A stretch of DNA of 63,995 nucleotides, the filler included, from Stramenopiles sp. TOSAG23-6 (taxonomy: Eukaryota): NCBI GenBank assembly GCA_900128565.1. It is 5 parts of 5 records of this genome, joined end to end, with 100 filler letters (N's around TTAATTAATTAA, not from the genome) between each part and the next. Parts side by side here need not be neighbours in the genome. Positions count along the whole stretch, not along the records: positions 13,408 to 26,706 come from LT636171.1; positions 26,807 to 40,058 come from LT636172.1; 3 more parts are not named here. The stretch is one strand, 5' to 3'. The position numbers and the translations under genes are program-made. The notes under the pieces were generated by a model. That model saw only the letters and a list, made by a program, of their open reading frames with translations, was not told the DNA's origin and searched no databases. Below, one piece after another: positions 19,071 to 32,800 of the stretch; the stretch's first letter is position 1; each line of letters starts with the position of its first letter.

Positions 19071-21354
19071 TCAGAGTTGGGTTTTGTCGTCAAGATATTT
19101 TTCGTCTTTCTTGTTATTATTCAAATCAATGCTCATTACACTTTCATCATCATTTACTGGATCGCAATGTTCAGGCATGTTTGTACACAATAACAATAAT
19201 ACGGCAACAAATTGCTCTGCTGCAAGCACGAAATATCCTTCTCGAGCTCCACCAAACCAATAACCAGCTAAAGCAAACGTCAATGGACCAATAACTCCAG
19301 ATACTCGACCAAGTAAAGAAACGATGCCAAAGAAAAGTACAGCCTCTGAAGGAGGAACCATTAATTCTAGGACTGACTTTGATAAAACAATCATACTTGT
19401 AGATACTATACCAAGAAATATTTGCAATAGTAAATATCCAATTGTTTGAAAACTGAGTGAGTTTTGCTCATTTGATATGATTATACATATAAGCGCACAG
19501 ATGAATGCTAGAATATTAAAAAAGATAAAGATAAATTTTGTCGTCATCTCTCCTTGTGTCCATTTAGATGGAGCTAAATTTCGAAACATTTTATGTACTG
19601 CAAGTTGTCTGGACATCATTTTACCTTTTGAATCTATAATTTGTGTTTCAACAGTAGATTGTGATTTTGGCGAAGATGTATCTATTACAATTCGTACTTT
19701 TTCGAAACGCTCAATGTTAGTATTAGGTGGAGCTGTACAGACGCCAATATCACCATCCTCATCATCTCTTTCAAACATATCAGAAGATTTTTGATGAGAA
19801 TCTAGATTTGAAGACATTTCACCAGAGTTTTGCATGGAAACATTATTATTATCATCATTAATATTAAATGGGGTACCATTTTCACTGAACATTGAAGTTA
19901 TTGGGTTTCCTACATGGATTTCTTCTATGCAACTATCATCATTAGCATCTAATTCTGCATCTATTTTTCTAGGTACCATCCTCGGCCAACGCCAGTTTGG
20001 TGCGGCAATTATGGAAATGATAGTAATAAAACAAGATAATTTGTTAATGAGAGCATACCAGATACATGTAGTTTCGGAGAAACCAATGTTTGCTCGAGCA
20101 AATACAATGACATTATGGCTCATTGTTCCTATCACATCTCCATATATAAACATTGCAATCAAGACAAAGGCAAGATCTCTATCTTTACACACGCGGCGTA
20201 ATGCCCAAAAACAAGAGCGTTTGTTCGCGTGCTTTGTCCTTGGTGTCCACGGAGATGAACTATTTCCCGTTAAATCTGAAATACTAATGTCAGACGTGTT
20301 AGATGCGGTCCTTTTATGTAATGTAGGCGTTTTCACTGTGTTTTTTTCATCCTCAAGATTTTCAACTCTCGATTCATTTCCGTTTCCTTCAGTTAAACTA
20401 CTTTTATCAACCATGGTTTCTATCTGATTAATATCGTTTACAGAAGCGGTACCTTTGTTCTTGAATTCTTGAGAAGAAAAGTCATCATCTAAATGAATTG
20501 ATGTTTCATCATCAAATGAATAATGATTTTGTGCAATTCCACCGTTGCGTGACTCACCTTCAAGGATATGCTCATCAAACTTTTGGAGAGAATACCACAG
20601 AGGTATTTGTGATACAATCCAAATAAGTCCACTCAATACTGCTGCAGTGTACATCAAAATGTGAAGAGTAACACCAAACAGTATTAAAAAAGCAAAGAAA
20701 AACAGAAAAAGCACAGAGCCCATATTACCTGTAGCTGAATTCAAAACGCAATTTTGATTAAACGGCGAACCTTCCGTAATAATGTAAAGAATACTGTTAT
20801 TAAAATTTGAGGCTATACAATATAGGAGTAATACGAGAGCTAACCACGTACACATATATTCAGAAACATATTTTAAATTCGAAATTAGTTACGTACAAAA
20901 TTTCGTACGAAAAAAATAATTTGAAATTCATGATGAAAACGTACAGACTATAAAGATTATGTTTCTCGAGAGTACCAGGATCTAAAAGAAGTGGGAGAAC
21001 ACATGAAACGATCCCAACGGTTGTCGAAAACAACATTAGAACATAACGCCGAACACCGAAAAAGTCGGCAGGGTACGACAAGAGTATTGTTAGCGTAATA
21101 CCACCAAAGTATGCTCCTGCAGAAATTGCCGACCAAGCAGCTACTGTGTTTTCATTGCCTGGATAAACTTTCGAAAATTGATGGGAAAAGAATAGTGGCA
21201 AAAGAGACCCAAATAATAATGTGTACCAAATATAAAATCCAAAATCAGTAAAAGCCCATTGTATTTCTAATGAGTTAAAATGTGATAGTGTATACCACGT
21301 TTTTACAGACTTTGATACATTCATTGGTGCTGCCCATGATAGACTATTACCCAT
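19071..21354 (-). CDS. MFS-fold transporter (Atg22/UMF1-like) (2 exons)
   Basis: WAFTDFG, LSYPADFFGVRR, ELMVPPSEAVLFFGIVSLLGRVSGVIGP; many TM helices. Confidence 0.75.
20854..20944 (-). other. Family intron, GT..AT (91 nt)
   Basis: AGT CT|GTACGT...GTACGTAAC...GAATATAT|G TGT; joins two ORFs in frame. Confidence 0.8.
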
Positions 21355-21643
21355 TTGCACCGGCGAGAGGAAAAGACACAATGTTACGAATCAAACTCAA
21401 ATACTTCAAATTACTGCACGAGATTTGAATGAGTGTCTTATGTTCTTCTTATCATTTTGAATCTTTGTGAGTTAGTGAGAGAAGATGAAATTCATAGATT
21501 AAATCTAATCAAAGATTGATATTATTGATATCAAAAATAACAGCTTTTTGATTGAATGTTTTTTTTAACGGATATTGGATATTAAAAGTTTAAAACTCAG
21601 CTCACATTTATTTATTTAAAATTTGAAATTTCGGTGGATTTTT

Positions 21644-22336
21644 TTAAATCATTGCCACAGGAGGCCATACTTTTAAACCATTATATTTTGGTATACTCAT
21701 AATTTTTTTAATGGATACTCTCAATGATTCTTGGGTTTTCGGAGCAACCATTTTAAATAATTCTTTCTTTTGAATGTCAATGAGCCCTTTCGCAGCGTCT
21801 GCTGGGTCAATGTCACAGCATTTTAAGTTCGAAGAAAGTTCTAACATTTTTGCCGCTGTTTCAACCTGCTGAATGCTAGTAGCATCTAAAAGCGCACTAA
21901 GTTCTTTTTCTATTTTACTTATTTTTTGTCCAGAAATACCGTTTTCAGCCCAAAATCCGTCCTTGTTTTTTTGCTTACGGTCAGCCCCATATCTGAGTAG
22001 AACTTCAGAAGTCCAATAATAACCATACTCTCTTGTCATATGCAAGGCGCTTTGTCCCGTATTGTTTTTTAAACGAACATCAGCACCATTTACTAATAAT
22101 TTCGTGCATATCTCAGCTCGACCATTTTGGGCAGCTAACATTAGAGCTGAGTTACCAGTTTTGCAATCTTTCGCATTAATGAACCATAAACTTTTATCAG
22201 CACTATTGGGTTTCTTTTTGTCTAGAATTAGTTTGATACTTTCCCAACTTTTCATCCAACGAATTTGGGAGTGTAGTGTATTCACTTCATCATCCGTCCA
22301 ATTGACAGCCTGTTTTTTGGGAACTATACAACCCAT
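21644..22336 (-). CDS. Ankyrin-repeat protein with N-terminal MGC acylation motif
   Basis: TGNSALMLAAQNG, TGQSALHM, LLRYGAD. Confidence 0.85.
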   Translation of the reverse strand: MGCIVPKKQAVNWTDDEVNTLHSQIRWMKSWESIKLILDKKKPNSADKSLWFINAKDCKTGNSALMLAAQNGRAEICTKLLVNGADVRLKNNTGQSALHMTREYGYYWTSEVLLRYGADRKQKNKDGFWAENGISGQKISKIEKELSALLDATSIQQVETAAKMLELSSNLKCCDIDPADAAKGLIDIQKKELFKMVAPKTQESLRVSIKKIMSIPKYNGLKVWPPVAMI

Positions 22337-22562
22337 ATAGTTGCTTTCAAATACTATTTATACATTCGACGTTGAATGCACGTTGAATACCCTTTCACTT
22401 TTTCGAAGTAACTGTTAGTTGTAGTAGTACATAAAAAAAAACACAAACCTGTTTTGTTTTCGCGACGAACACTGACTTCTTTTAACTAACTACTACAGCT
22501 ACTACTGTAATAGGCCTTCTTCTTATTTTATTGTTTTCACGACTAAATTAAAAGTGATTACA

Positions 22563-23924
22563 ATGGCAAAGAGAAACAATAAACAACGGCGTAAAAAGAA
22601 AAAACAAAAGAAGAATGTGCAGCGAAATTCTAAACAGCAATTACAGGAACAAGTACCTAGTGGTGTGGAAACTTCTGAGGTTTCACTAGAAGAAAATCAA
22701 CTTGTAAAAACTTCTGAGGTTTTAGTAGAAGAAGACCAGCTTGTAGAAACTTCCGAGGTTTCAGAGGAACAAAGACAGGCAAATTTGTTGAACACGATTG
22801 AACATCTCATGCCTCTGCCGCTTTCGTACTTCGAACGTGTGGTTCGTTCAGTGCTTGTTCCTGAAGAAAATATTGAGACTTTGAAGGTGTGGGAGCAGAA
22901 TGATGAGTTTATGGAAGTTATCAGAAATTTATATCTCAGTAAACGATACAGGAATACTCCTGAATATATTCGTGCAACCGAGGCATTTAGTGACCCTGAT
23001 GCCCTTCCCTCACGCAGTGAAATTATTAGTATATTTGGTATAAGGCGTCCATCTGTTAATAATTGGACTCGACCATCACCCCAACAGCACTTGAAACGTC
23101 GAAATGAAATTTTGGATATGGTTGTCAGAGTTGGAGCGCTTAACGGCCATGGGGAAAGTAGTAAAAATACGGAATGTCTCTCATTTGAAGAAATACTAGA
23201 AGCTGGCGGTGGATGTGTCTATGGTAGAGGTGCATATAATTTATTTTGCGAAGACTCTGGACGGTACGAATTTTGGACCCAAGATTATATTAAGAAATTA
23301 GGAGAGTATTTAAGTAGTAGGTTAAACGATATTGGCGTTGAATCATTGCGAGACGGATCTATTTTAGAAATCGGTTGTGGAAATGGCGCTTTATCGTATT
23401 TTTTAAACAAGGAAGAGAGCATTGGAAACATTATTATCGCAACAGATAATGATTTGAGAGCTGCACCGAGACAGATTATTCAAAACAATACTTCCTCCTA
23501 TCGTGTTGAAAGAAGTAATTATATGGATGCCGTCCGGAAATATCAACCCAGTATAGTTTTATGTGCCTGGATGCCAATGGATAGTGACTGGACTGAAGAT
23601 TTACGTAACTTTTCCTGTATCCAAGAAATTATTCTCATTGGAGAGGCAGATTTTGGAAATTGTGGACATAATTGGCTTACATGGGGAAATAAGGATTTTA
23701 TTGACCACAAAGCACCACAACAACAGAAACTAAATCAAAATATAATAGAGAAGGATATATTGAAAAAATCTAGCAATGCAAAGGAAATGATTCCACCGTA
23801 TGTTGTTGATGGCTGGTCTCGAGTAGATTTAAATGACCTGGCAAAGTGGCAAATGCAAAGATATGATAATGATTTGTATTCTGGTAATAGTACTACAGTT
23901 TCATTTCGTAGGCAAAGAATTTAA
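22563..23924 (+). CDS. SAM-dependent methyltransferase-like protein
   Basis: Motif I ILEIGCGNGAL, IATD, IVLCAWMP, IILIGE. Confidence 0.7.
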   Translation: MAKRNNKQRRKKKKQKKNVQRNSKQQLQEQVPSGVETSEVSLEENQLVKTSEVLVEEDQLVETSEVSEEQRQANLLNTIEHLMPLPLSYFERVVRSVLVPEENIETLKVWEQNDEFMEVIRNLYLSKRYRNTPEYIRATEAFSDPDALPSRSEIISIFGIRRPSVNNWTRPSPQQHLKRRNEILDMVVRVGALNGHGESSKNTECLSFEEILEAGGGCVYGRGAYNLFCEDSGRYEFWTQDYIKKLGEYLSSRLNDIGVESLRDGSILEIGCGNGALSYFLNKEESIGNIIIATDNDLRAAPRQIIQNNTSSYRVERSNYMDAVRKYQPSIVLCAWMPMDSDWTEDLRNFSCIQEIILIGEADFGNCGHNWLTWGNKDFIDHKAPQQQKLNQNIIEKDILKKSSNAKEMIPPYVVDGWSRVDLNDLAKWQMQRYDNDLYSGNSTTVSFRRQRI

Positions 23925-24083
23925 ATACAATTTGCACTTGAAATTCCTTTAATAATTTTTAATTCTTTAAAATTGCTTTGATTTAAACTTTGCTACGTAT
24001 ATAGGTATATAACCCTAACCCTAACCAGTAAAAAATAAAATGTAGATGCTATACATGTGTTGTTCTAAACAATAAAACTAAAA

Positions 24084-25283
24084 TCAACAAATCCATGAAC
24101 TTGTTACCTTGAGATAGTTATGTTCTGAATTTCTATTTTTTGATACATACTGATATCCCTTCAACATCCCTTCATTAGTACCAACACAAACTTGATTATC
24201 ATTAATATGAGTCATTGAGGATATTGAACCATTTGCCACTATGGCGTCTTCACAAACACCAGTCATAAGATTCCAACAGCGGATTGTTCCGTCTGTTGAT
24301 CCAGATAATCCATAGGCGATAGATTCTTGTATAGCATTTTTAGGTGAAAATATACAACTTGTAACATTTTGTGTATGCCCTTCTAGTGTAAATATTTGCT
24401 TATTTGTTCGCAAATCCCAAAGTCTACATTCACAACCTTTGTTGTTGAATCTACTGTAAAAAATATTTCAAAAATTCGAAATTTGTTAGGTACAAAATTT
24501 TTAATGAAAAGAAAAAACTAAATTTCAAATGAATGATGAAAACGAACATCCTTTACTGCCAGTAAAAACATAATGACCATCAGAAGATACCGTTACAGAT
24601 GTTGGAATATATAAATATCCAGTAAACGTTTGTGATGCACGTGTTTTTATATTGCTTCCACTTGAGAGTATTCTTGAGTCCCAGAGACGCATTGTTAAAT
24701 CTTCACTAGTTTGTACAAACAAATCACTTTTCGGAATCCACGAAATATCAGTGACTATATTACGAGATAGTGTAGTAGAAGCGACTGGACTTTTTGGATC
24801 ATTCAAATCCCATAGGCATATTTTTGCATCTCGTCCACCGGATAAAAGTTTACATTCAGAATCATCTAATGATATACAGCTAACTGAATATTTGTGGCCA
24901 CAAAATTCTGTAGTAAAAGCATTGGTGACTGAAGTAGTAGTTTCGACGCTTTCGTTTGCAGTAGTTATCTTTGCATTCCACGCTTTTACAGTAGAATCCC
25001 GGGAACATGTATAGAAAATGTCACGTTGAATTCCATGGACTACTTGATTAATACCAGCACTATGACCTCCCCATGTTCCTTTTATGCTATTTGTGTGAAT
25101 ATCACGTAACCTGATTAAATTGTCCTCAGTTGCAACAAAAATTTGATTTTTTCTATGTGGACCTGCAGGACATATTGAATATATAGAATTTCCAGAATCT
25201 TCCTCTACGCTTGATTCTACTGTTGAGTCTTTATAGCATTCCCCGCGTTTTCGGGCTTTTTTTGAAGAAAAATGGGTGCCCAT
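24084..25283 (-). CDS. WD40-repeat protein, WDR31-like (2 exons)
   Basis: WD repeats; SRNIVT, QTSEDLTMRLWD, spliced GSKGFNNKGCECRLWDLR resemble WDR31; MG start. Confidence 0.8.
24449..24547 (-). other. Family intron, GT..AT (99 nt)
   Basis: GGA T|GTTCGT...TACAGTAGAT|TC AAC; both nearby AGs are out of frame. Confidence 0.88.
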
Positions 25284-25547
25284 TACATATACTATATATA
25301 TTTGGTCTGAACAAAATTGAATGTCGACCGACCGTTATAATATCTACGGTTACATTTTTGGAGCTTTTGGATATATTTTTTCCGTCTTTCATGTGTTATA
25401 TAGTGTAGTACCACCTGTTGGATTGGCCGAAGCTACTCTCCTTATCCATTGCGTTACACGTATAATACAAAACCACACTATACATACTCAAAATTTTATT
25501 TAAATATATATGAGGGAATAATATTTGACAGAAAATATTCCAATACA

Positions 25548-26324
25548 ATGAGCAATCAAAATAAGGTAGTAATAACCAATCCGAGTTCAACAAGAAACCC
25601 GAGTTCAATAAGAAAAGTCCCCAAAACAGACACGAAACCACCCCCACTAAATGAAATGATTCGACAGATAGATAGCAGAATGGATACGTTAAGATCAAAC
25701 ATAAGTATGTTGAATGATATTCGTCATAGAAATGCAGCAGCGTTAGGCCGAGAATCTAAACGCTTGGCTATAATTCATGCAAAAAGTATGGAAGAACCCA
25801 AAACATTTTCTTCACGTTTCCTACAGCTACAACTAGGAAATCCCACACATATCAAGGAAAAATCTGAATATTTGAAAAAGCTTGATGAATATTCACGAAA
25901 GTATGGTGAAATAAAGCCAGTTAATTCAGAAGAGTATAACAAAACACAAGCTAAAATATGCTCCTGTAAAGCAGCCAAATTTGCACATGCAGCTGCGAAG
26001 GCTTCATTTGAAATAGAAAATACTTGCAATGGCATTCAAAAACAAACTGCAAATTATATAAAGTGTCTTAAAATACGTAATCAAAAAAAGAAAAATATAT
26101 CTAGAGGTACTCTAAAAAGATTAGTTTTAGCTCAAACGAGGCACGCGAAAAAAATAGAGGAATTACATAAATCAATTCATGATGCGATTGCTAATAAAAA
26201 GTTTCATAAATTACTTGACATACGAAATAATGTCACAACTCACACACATGATACAATGCATGACATACATGGTACATGTACAAGCACAATTTCATTAATT
26301 GATCATTTATTGACAGAAAAATAA
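25548..26324 (+). CDS. Hypothetical basic coiled-coil protein
   Basis: About 258-aa ORF from ATG25548; no recognised motif. Confidence 0.55.
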   Translation: MSNQNKVVITNPSSTRNPSSIRKVPKTDTKPPPLNEMIRQIDSRMDTLRSNISMLNDIRHRNAAALGRESKRLAIIHAKSMEEPKTFSSRFLQLQLGNPTHIKEKSEYLKKLDEYSRKYGEIKPVNSEEYNKTQAKICSCKAAKFAHAAAKASFEIENTCNGIQKQTANYIKCLKIRNQKKKNISRGTLKRLVLAQTRHAKKIEELHKSIHDAIANKKFHKLLDIRNNVTTHTHDTMHDIHGTCTSTISLIDHLLTEK

Positions 26325-26390
26325 CGGAAAATAAATTTGCTATTCTTAGAATTTTGTGGTTGACGAATTTTTATATTTCTTAGTTTGTTG

Positions 26391-26706
26391 TTACATATAG
26401 AATGTCAATTTTGATAGTTGACCAATTTCTTTTGGTATTGAACCAGATAGGTTGTTATCATTCAAGTACAATCTTTTAAGATTTGTTAGTTGACCAATTT
26501 CAGTTGGAATTGTACCAGATAGTTTCTTACTTCTCAAAACCAAATGTGTGAGCTCTGTTAGTTGACCAATTTCTTTTGGTATTGTACCAGTTAGGTTGTT
26601 GTCTGTCAAGTACAAATATTGGAGATTTGTTAGTAGACCAATTTGCGTTGGTATTGGACCAGTTAGATAGTTGTCACTCAAGAGCCACTCTGTAAGACTT
26701 GTTAGT
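26391..26706 (-). CDS. Leucine-rich repeat protein (LxLxxNxLTGxIPxEIGxLxxL type), 5'-truncated
   Basis: Four 24-aa LRR units running into the gap. Confidence 0.85.
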
Positions 26707-26806
26707 NNNNNNNNNNNNNNNNNNNNNNNNNNNNNNNNNNNNNNNNNNNNTTAATTAATTAANNNNNNNNNNNNNNNNNNNNNNNNNNNNNNNNNNNNNN
26801 NNNNNN
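26707..26806. other. Artificial contig linker / assembly gap
   Basis: N-TTAATTAATTAA-N, 100 nt. Confidence 0.97.
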
Positions 26807-26808
26807 AA

Positions 26809-29800
26809 GTATACGAATATTCTTACTTATCAAAAAGTATACGAATTTTCATACCTAAAAATACTGAAAATACTGAAAATACTGAAAATACTGAAAATAA
26901 TCTAGCAAAAAATAAAAATACTAAACATATTTCTACTGCTAGTGTCTCTACTAGTACAGAACCAAAAGAAGTTTTCCTATATGATGAGACAGATGAAGAA
27001 GCGATGATGAGAATTGCTCGAGAAACATCTCAACGGCAAAAATCACACAAATCTCTCTACTCGGCTCCACCAATGAGAAAGGAGGAATCTCTTGAAAACT
27101 ATCGTGCCTTATTGAAATTGGCGCGTGGTTCTGGTTACAAGAGTGAAGAGGAAGGGAAAGAATTGGTATTGTTAAACAATGATTCTGCTTCCTCTAGAGG
27201 TGGTGCAATGGCTGGTTGTAAGAAAAAGAATGAAAACAAAATATCAGTCGATTCTAGAAAATTACATTCGAAACAAAAAAATGTAAAGAAATTTACTGAT
27301 ATAAAAGAATCACGAATGACACTGGCAGGTTCTTCGTCATATTCATTTGTTTTGATTAAAGAAACAAACCCAAATGATAAAAAATCATCGAATGAAACTT
27401 CAATTGATAATAAATCTTTTACAATTCGTCCTGCTTATGAGACTTGTGGTAATACATATACATTTGAACACGAAATACCAATAGATAAGTGGGTGTATAT
27501 AGCATTTGTAGGAGATTTTGGGGACGCTTCGACGTCATCAAGTGGAATATTTTCATCTAACTCATTATCTCAGGGTGTAAAGCCAAAATCTGCAAAGATT
27601 TCATTATTTGTTGATGGGAAAATGTCTGAAGTCCTTAATCTAAAGTCATCTATGCAAAGTATGCTCCCGATGGATTCTATTAGTGCAAAACAAAATGGAT
27701 TTTGTGGTGATGTTGCAGAAATTCGCTATTGGTCGTCTGCAAAAACTCAATCTGAAATTAAACGATATATGAAAGACCCCGTTCGTAGACAAACACTTCC
27801 AATAAAAAGCCAAATTATTGGTGATGAAATAGATACAATATCATATTTAGGATCTTCCGAATGTTCAAGTGGGTTCAGTTATAATTACGAATTTGGTACT
27901 TTACCGCTAAATCTCCATGCATTTTGGCGTATGTGTGAATACGAAGGCTCCATAATTAAAGATGAAACAGGTAGACACAATCATTGCATTATGCATGGTG
28001 TTGAATGGATTGGCATACATGCTGATTCACATCCTTGTGCACAACGTCGAATCACACAACGTAAGATTGAAAGTAAATTACATTCATCACCACAGAATGA
28101 TTTTGAAAATCCAGATGGAGGAATAGATGGAATACGATACACTGGAGTGTGGTGCCGAGAAGACGCGTCAACTGAAGTTGGTGACGCGTGTGGCATTGAA
28201 GAAAGAACATCTGTTGTAATTTGGTTTAACGTTGTAAAAGAAATCAAAAGACCTGGAAGTAAATGTGCTATATTCGATGAAATAGTTGTTGGTGAAATTG
28301 AATGGCCTGAGAAGGAAACTGTGGCATTTTTATCAGGTAAACGTCTAAGTGGTAGTAGTAATGTTATCGACCTCACCATTGGAAAAATTCGCACAGGATC
28401 TTCAGAGAGAATGGGTTGGTTAGAAGGCGCCAAACTTTCTTTCAAGACTGATAAAGATGGTACACATATGTTTTGTAATTGGACTACACCTATAATTTTG
28501 AAAAGGCCAAAGTCTGTCGGTCCGAACAAAATTAGGTTTGCTCAAATTGGTAATAGTACCTCTGAAGAGAGTACTATCATACAAAAGTCTTTATATAAGA
28601 AACACGATATTTCGTTGAGTCCTTCGTGGTGTCGAATAACGTGTAGTAGGGATGTTTTTGGTTATGAAAATTTTCGCAATCACAAGAAAAAAAATCACAA
28701 CGGAAAAGTTTTGAATTCTCGGAGTGGTGGGGTTGCAATGCTAGAAATTGGACGTAGTGGATTTATCACAAAGTTCAGCGGGAGAATCGAAGGCGCAGAA
28801 GTAAAAATTCCAATTTTGGCAAAAGGAATATTTTTTTTGTCAAAAGATGGATTCGGGGGATTTAATGTTGAAGGTGCTTATCAAACGACTCGGTGTGAGG
28901 GAGGTTGGTGGGATAGAAATGCGATGCGTGGATCTATAACTGCATCAGGAAAATTTACAATTGATTCATTTGCACCAAATGTACGTTTTATTTTTTTTTC
29001 AAATTCGGTTTTGTTTTGTACGAAATATCGTACCTAACAAAAAAAAATAAAAATATATTTTTTCACAATACATAGCCGTTCAAAATTAAGTCAGTTATCG
29101 GCGATGTATCCTGTGAGTATTGTGAACATTGATGGCGTTGTAGAAAATGAAGAAGAGAGAAAAAAACAAGAGACAAAACTTTCGAATGCTGTAAAGATAA
29201 GCTTATCTGGAACTAATGCGAAAGGTCTTACTCGAATTTGGAATTTAGAACTAGGGCCACATGAAAAAATACTCCGAGGTCTCGCCACTCCTTTACATTT
29301 TGGTACTTGGCTATGGGAATTTCGTATTATTGAAATTCACTCAACTCTTGCTATTGGTGTATGTTCAAGTGGTTTATCAAATGTAAGCATTGCTTTGCAA
29401 TCTCTTGGTTCCAATAATTACTCCTGGGCGTTTTTATCTAATGGCGATGTGATGAATAATAGCTCAACATTTTCATATGGTAAATATTGGCAGCTCGGTG
29501 ATACTGTTGGTGTTGAATTGGATATGACAAAAGGATCATTGCGTTTCCGCCATAACAATATAGATTTTGGCGTCGCATTTTCTAGTTTACATAAAATTGA
29601 AACAACCTGTAATGGTTTGATTCCTGCAGTCAATGTATCTATGAAAGGAGATTCAATGCAAATAATTGGACTGAAAGAAGGCGAAGGATTTACAGAATAT
29701 TATCGTTCAGGAAAAGACAATGAATCGAAGTTGTGGTTTAGTGGAAACTGGGAGCACGGACATAAACAAGGTAAAGGATTCATGTTTTATTCTGTTACGG

Positions 29801-32800
29801 GCACAAATTCTGATGTGTCTAGACTTGGTGATATTTTCGTATGGTTAGAATCATCAAAGGATAGCTTTGGCGAGTCGTATACTTGTATATTTGAAAAGTT
29901 TGGTATGTTAGATTTACTAACAATAGCTTATGTACCAACAGTATGTAAAAGAAGTGAATTTCGAAAACGGCTTTTAAATAGTGGAGTAAAAGTTGAAGAT
30001 GTTGATATAATTTTGGAGTCTGTGTATGTTTCATATTTTTTCAATTTTTTTATCGAAATGTTTTTTTCATACGTAATTCCCTACCTAACAAATTTTACAA
30101 AACAATATTTTTCACAATGTATGTGTGTTCTTTCAACATCTTTTAAAAATTGTGATTCAAGCGCTTGGATTGTCAATACAATTGATGTATGTTTTAATTT
30201 TTTTTCAAATTCGTTTTTTTTTTCGTACGAAATTTTGTATCTAACAAATTTTAGTTTTTTTTTTTTCAAATATTTTTCCAAAAGTCAATAAGGAAGAGGA
30301 GACAAAATCGAGTATTGTAGAAACCGAATCAAAAATGAAAAATAGTAGTGATTCTAAAAAACATCAATGTTTAGATCACAGAGACTGTGTAGCTGTTTGT
30401 ATTCGTGGTAATTTTGTTGCTGGATACTTTCATGGAATTGTGAGTAAAACATTACTTGATGCTAGTAGTCGTGTGATAGGACATCCTACCCTTCACCTTT
30501 ATGAACGAGGCGTTGAGATAAAACAGTTGGGCTATAAAGAGGCGCTACAATCAAATGAGAAGAATATTTTATCAGCATCTTTAGAAGTTCAAGATGTCAT
30601 TAATTTTTATCCTAAACTTCGAATTTTAATTGGTAAACAAACTCCAACAGATTATCATTTTGATGCTACATTCCCATGCATGATAACTTCCAGGAGTTTT
30701 GAATGTTCATCCTTGAGTAAATACAATACTGGTATAGCNGAAACTACTGCAAATGGTCTAAAAATTTCAGAGAATGGTTGGTGTGTGGAATGTGTTTCAG
30801 GTAATCAACCATGTGTTGCACTAGGATCTATGGGTATGACGTCAGGAACGCATCAATGGGATGTCCAAATTGTTCAAAGTACCGATATGTTTGTCCGTGT
30901 TGGGATTGCAAAGTCTTCAAAATTAGGTGGTGGGAGGACGACAAAAATTTTAGGTAAAACTCGTTTTAGTTGGGGATATAGAAATGATGGAAAACAGTTT
31001 CATAATAATGACAATACTGGATGTGGTCCTTCTTATTCGAATGGTGATGTTATTTCACTTACGTTAGACATGAAGCAAAACACGNTTTCGTTTTTAAAAA
31101 ATGTATGTTTTCATTATTAGTTTTAGTTTTCTCGTACCCTCCTATGATTTCATTTTTTGTAATGTTACAAAAACTAATACATTTGAAAGTTTATATATTT
31201 CTCAGAANACATGGAGTGGATAGTGGAGTGTTATTTAATTTGGATTCTACCAAAGATGACATCATTGATCAGGAAATATATCCTGCGTTTTCTTTATGCA
31301 ATAAAGGCGATAAATTAAGATGGCGTGTTGCTGGTCAGCGTTGGTCGAATGAAATAAATGATTCGTTTAATAAAGAATCTTCTGAAGTAGATTCTAAACA
31401 AAATGATCAAAACATTTGTCCTTTATTTACACCAGTGATGTCAGGTGATTCAATCGTTCTATCTGATTGTGGAAAAACAGCAAAAAAGGTTGGTATTCTC
31501 GATTGGNATAATAGTACTATTCTTGTGGATAACCAGGGGATAGNAATACCCGANATACTCTCAAATGTTCAGGATTCTAATTATGATTATATTATGGAAT
31601 CATTTGCACCATCAAAATCCTATATACGAAGATGGACATTTTCAATGGTCAATTGCAAAAAGGCAACTGTTGGTGTCGTAACAGCATTGTATAACCCAAA
31701 GACAGATGGATACATTAATTCAACAAAATATGGTTGGGGATATTATCAAGAATCAGGTAATTGCGGTCACGCGAGCCCGGCAACTCAAGTGTACGGGGAC
31801 CCATTTAGAGATCCCGGTGATGTTATCGATGTAGAGCTCAATATATTGGAACAGAGCTTGCGATTTTATAAAAATGGAATTGATCAAGGTGTCGCATTTA
31901 ATGACCTTCCTAGAGGACAAGTTTTTCATGCTGCTGTATCTTTATATACACCGGAAGATCAGGTCACGTTACTTGGTTGCAGAGATATAATGCCCAAGGA
32001 GAGAACAGTATGTTTTTCATCATGAATTTCAAATGTACTTATTTTACAAAGAAAATCTCGTACTTAACAAATTTNAAATGTAACATTCTTTTTCACAATA
32101 TATACTTCTTCTCATTGTAAATTTGGAAGATCTTTGTGGTCAATAAACATTTGTCATGTTACGAAGAATCCATATTATTATAATATGACTAAGCGATGTT
32201 CCACTTGGATTCGCCCTTGGCATGATGCCTTTATTAAACAATTTTTATCTAATAACGATTCTAGTATTTCATGTAACACCATTGCCAAAAAGGTTTTGAA
32301 GTCAAAGAAGAAATTTCTTTCTTGTCCTTCTGATTTATGTGTTTTGCCAAATGGAATTCTTGTCTTAACTGATACTGGAAATCATAGAATTTGTATAAAT
32401 AATCCTTCTAAAGATGAAATATTTATTTTAGCAGGAAGTGGTAAAAAAGGTCACCGTGATGGATCTGGATATNCTGCATTATTTGCTTTTCCTGCAGGTA
32501 TTTGTTGCAACAAAGATGGAGATATGTACGTTGTCTATTTACATTTCATTTATTTTTCGTACCTATTCCACTGATTTCAAACTTTTGTAAGATATCTAAC
32601 ATTTTTTTTCTGAAAATATTTTTCACNATACATTTTCATTGCTGATCAAGATAATCATTGTATTCGCAAAATTTCATTTAATTTAAAAACAAATGTAATT
32701 CTAGATGAATTGAAAAAAACAAAACAGAAATTCAAAAGAAATTCTATTCCTCAAGTCCAAGTGACAACAATCGCAGGTGTTCCAGGAAATCCAGGATTTA

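Noticed and set aside
18998-19100. About 45-bp direct repeat duplicating the stop region of the Atg22-like gene
   Set aside because: Simple local duplication with no evidence of function.
26807-26945. TACGAATTTTCATACCTAA resembles a decayed family core next to the gap
   Set aside because: The frame is open through it, the termini are unclear and it is truncated, so it was not counted as an intron.
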